DNA from: Caecitellus pseudoparvulus
Taxonomy: Eukaryota > Protista > Bigyra: Bicosoecida
NCBI GenBank assembly: GCA_965644315.1
Contig: CBFFRQ010000180.1
Span: 1 to 64,000, forward strand
Length of the DNA: 64,000 nt
Reading direction: 5' to 3'
Shown: piece after piece, positions 61,574-64,000 of the stretch
Layout: each line of letters begins with the position of its first letter
Position numbering within the stretch: the stretch's first letter is position 1
Notes under the pieces: generated by a model
The model's input: the letters and a program-made list of their open reading frames with translations, nothing else
Database searches by the model: none
What the model was told of the DNA's origin: nothing
Translations under genes and position numbers: made by a program

Positions 61574-62912
61574 ATGGCTGCCGCTCGTGGAGTGTACATC
61601 GTTGCTGTGCGTGTTGCGCCGTAAATTCCGCACGTGCTGCAGTGCACCAACCTCGACTTTGCGCCTGCGGTGGCACAGGCCAAGCGCACTGCTTTTGGCA
61701 CCTTCGGCGGCAAGCTGACCAAGTTCACAGCCACTGACTTGGGCGAGAAGGCAGCTGCAGCTGCTCTGGAGGCAGGCAAGGTGGGTTGCCGCAGAACCCG
61801 CCACGCCCGCTGCTGCGCCTGACACAGCACGTGCCTTGCCTGTTCAGATCGACCCTGCGCTGGTGGATGCGACCATCGTCGGGAATGTCGCGCAGTCGTC
61901 TGCAGATGCGCCGTACATTGCCCGTCATGTTGGCCTGCGTGTGGGTGTGCGCGACGAGACGACTGCGCTGACGGTGAACCGCCTGTGCGGCTCTGGCTTC
62001 GAGTCCGTCGTGCAGGCGGCCAAGGACATGCAGCTGGGGGAGAGCCACGTTGCCCTGGTGGGAGGTGCTGAGAGCATGTCCCAGTGCCCCCTGGTCTCCT
62101 ACGGCCAACACTCCCGCTTTGGAGTCAAGCTGGGCGGGGGCCTGAACCTTGTGGACACCTTGTGGGCGGCGCTGACAGACAACCACACAAAGCTGCCCAT
62201 GGGCATCACCGCCGAGAACTTGGCCCGCAAGTACAACATGACGCGGGAGGAGGTGGACGAGTTCGCCGCCAGGTCCCAGGCAATGTGGGCGGCAGCCCAC
62301 GAGGCGGGCAAGTTCGCAGCTGAGATCACCCCCATCGAGATCAAGACCCGCAAGGGGACGACTGTTGTGGACACTGACGAGCACCCTCGCCCCGGCACGA
62401 CTGCGGAGCAGCTGGCGAAGCTGCCCACCGTCTTTGACAAGGAAGGCATCGTCACTGCCGGCTCCAGCTCTGGCATCAACGACGGCGCCGCCATGATGGT
62501 GATGGCCACAGAGGACGCCGTGAAGCAGCACGGCTGGACTCCCCTCGCACGCGTGGTGTCCTGGGGCATCTCGGGCGTGGACCCCTCCATCATGGGCTAC
62601 GGCCCCGTGCCCGCCATTCGCCAGGCGCTGGAGCGTGCCGGCAAGAGCATCGGGGACATGGACCTGGTGGAGGTCAACGAGGCCTTCGCCCCCGTCGCCC
62701 TCGCCTCTGAGAAGGAACTGGGCATTGACCGCGCAACTTTCAATGCCTGTGGTGGTGCCATCTCAATCGGGCACCCCTTGGGGGCCAGTGGCGCCCGCAT
62801 CACGACTCACTTGGCGCACCAGCTGGCTGCTGACGAGGGCAAGAAGCTGGCAGTCGGCTCCGCATGCATCGGGGGGGGGCAAGGCATCGCTGTGGTGCTG
62901 GAGCGCGCATGA
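61574..62912 (+). CDS. 3-ketoacyl-CoA thiolase, ACAA2-like (host, two introns)
   Basis: AKRTAFG; NRLCGSG; GGAESMS; NEAF; GHPLGASG; CIGGGQG. Confidence 0.95.
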
Positions 62913-62939
62913 ACTCTGTGAATGCAACCCGCCCTTGCC

Positions 62940-64000
62940 TCACTCAGGGTCCCTTCCCTGTGCATCCTTGCCATGGAGAGCTGCATCCTGTGACAGGCTC
63001 GGCTGCAAGTGAGTTGGGAGGACAAAGCTGCCTCCGAAAGGGCCCACCAACACTTGCTGCTTCCCTTGGAGAGATCCCTGCTGACCATCAACCTCGCTGT
63101 CAGGCGCTGGTGTCCACAAGCCGGATGGAGGGGCTGCCGCCTGCCTTGGTGGCTGACAGGCGTCGCTGTCACTGCTCATGGACGCTGCAGTGGAGGGTGC
63201 GGGCTGGGCGTGCCTCAGCTGCGACGGAGCAGATTTGCGTTCAGGGGTGGAGTCACTGTCGCTGCCTGCAGGCGGCAAGCCCGCCAGGAGCCGCAGGAGT
63301 GACGGCGGCAGCCCCTCCACATTGAGCCCTACCTCTTCCATCGCGCGTACCTGAGCCTCTACCTCTGCATCCTTGGGAGTGGAGCTGTGCAAGATCTCTT
63401 GATGGGGAGGCATGTCGCCGCCTGGTTCCCGTGCTACCATCTCCAGTGCTGTGGGGCGTGTGCCGGACTGGCTGTGAGCCATGGCAGCCAAAGCTTGGAA
63501 CGTGGAGGACGCCCGAGAGTCATGCGCGTCCACCCTTGGCAGTTCGCGCTGGCGCCTATTGTGGTGCGCAGGGCGAGGGAGCCATTGTTGCATGTGGCGC
63601 AGCAGGGACGCGTAGGCGTCCACCACCGCTGGGGTGAGAAAGCATGCTTGCTGCAGCACTGGCAGCAAAGCAGGCAGCTCTGCAGCCAAGATGCTATCAC
63701 GCGCCAGCCGGCAAGCCAAGGAAGCGTCCAGCACCTGAACAGCCGGGAGGAGCACATGTCCCATCGTGGGTTCGTCGCAGTGTGCCGTCACTGCCTCCAG
63801 CGCCCACTGCACTGCGCCAGAGCTGTGCAGGCAGGATGCCGTGACGGCACCTGAGACGCCGAGCACAGCGACAACCTTCCCAGCCAGCGTCTGCAGAGCT
63901 ACGTCCCCAGCGTCCAAGACCCCCATCATGACGTGCAAGCAGCGCTGGTAGTCCCGGCCTTTGGGCTGTCCCTGCGCGCACGTGCATGCCAGCAACGCGT
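62940..64000 (-). CDS. Hypothetical protein, 3' part (runs off the window)
   Basis: Open frame of >350 aa convergent on the thiolase; helical region followed by a low-complexity tail. Confidence 0.5.
   Translation of the reverse strand, partial: ALLACTCAQGQPKGRDYQRCLHVMMGVLDAGDVALQTLAGKVVAVLGVSGAVTASCLHSSGAVQWALEAVTAHCDEPTMGHVLLPAVQVLDASLACRLARDSILAAELPALLPVLQQACFLTPAVVDAYASLLRHMQQWLPRPAHHNRRQRELPRVDAHDSRASSTFQALAAMAHSQSGTRPTALEMVAREPGGDMPPHQEILHSSTPKDAEVEAQVRAMEEVGLNVEGLPPSLLRLLAGLPPAGSDSDSTPERKSAPSQLRHAQPAPSTAASMSSDSDACQPPRQAAAPPSGLWTPAPDSEVDGQQGSLQGKQQVLVGPFGGSFVLPTHLQPSLSQDAALHGKDAQGRDPE

Noticed and set aside
36481-64000. Numerous overlapping or antisense ORFs in host DNA
   Set aside because: Expected shadow ORFs in high-GC coding sequence; each overlaps a better-supported gene.

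Overview
Eukaryotic (protist) genomic window in three compositional zones. (1) 1-14454 is very AT-rich and holds the right-hand parts of two related but diverged endogenous virophages. They carry a DPPY adenine methyltransferase, a PD-(D/E)xK nuclease, an rve integrase with chromodomain, a virophage major capsid protein (MCP), a fibre-like protein and TCTA promoter motifs. Element A (<1-6303) ends in ...TTGTCCCCCT and is followed directly by the 3' part of the MCP gene of element B, so A appears inserted into B's capsid gene. (2) The ~600-bp non-coding right end of B is split by two Helitron-family elements inserted head-to-head 140 bp apart, each at an A|T site without target duplication. H1 (14455-32985, minus, 18.5 kb) encodes a RepHel with OTU domain, an SLX1-like GIY-YIG nuclease and an orphan ORF, and carries ~77 x 103-bp and ~4 x 169-bp arrays. 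H2 (33126-36344, plus, 3.2 kb) is non-autonomous with ~8.5 x 172-bp repeats. Both begin TTGGCACAGACCA, have a 3' subterminal inverted copy of that sequence and two hairpins, and end in CTAG. B resumes at 36345 and ends at 36480. (3) 36481-64000 is GC-rich, gene-dense host DNA with short GT-AG introns: leishmanolysin-like peptidase, guanylate kinase, thioesterase, HAD/App1-like phosphatase, atypical small GTPase, EXPERA protein, DMT transporter, selenoprotein S (GGUG end plus SECIS-like hairpin), Mpo1/DUF962, EF-hand protein, R3H-DEAH helicase and thiolase. The picture resembles endogenous virophages of GC-rich flagellates such as Cafeteria, but the host cannot be identified from the window. 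All family calls come from motif recognition by eye; no database search was run.
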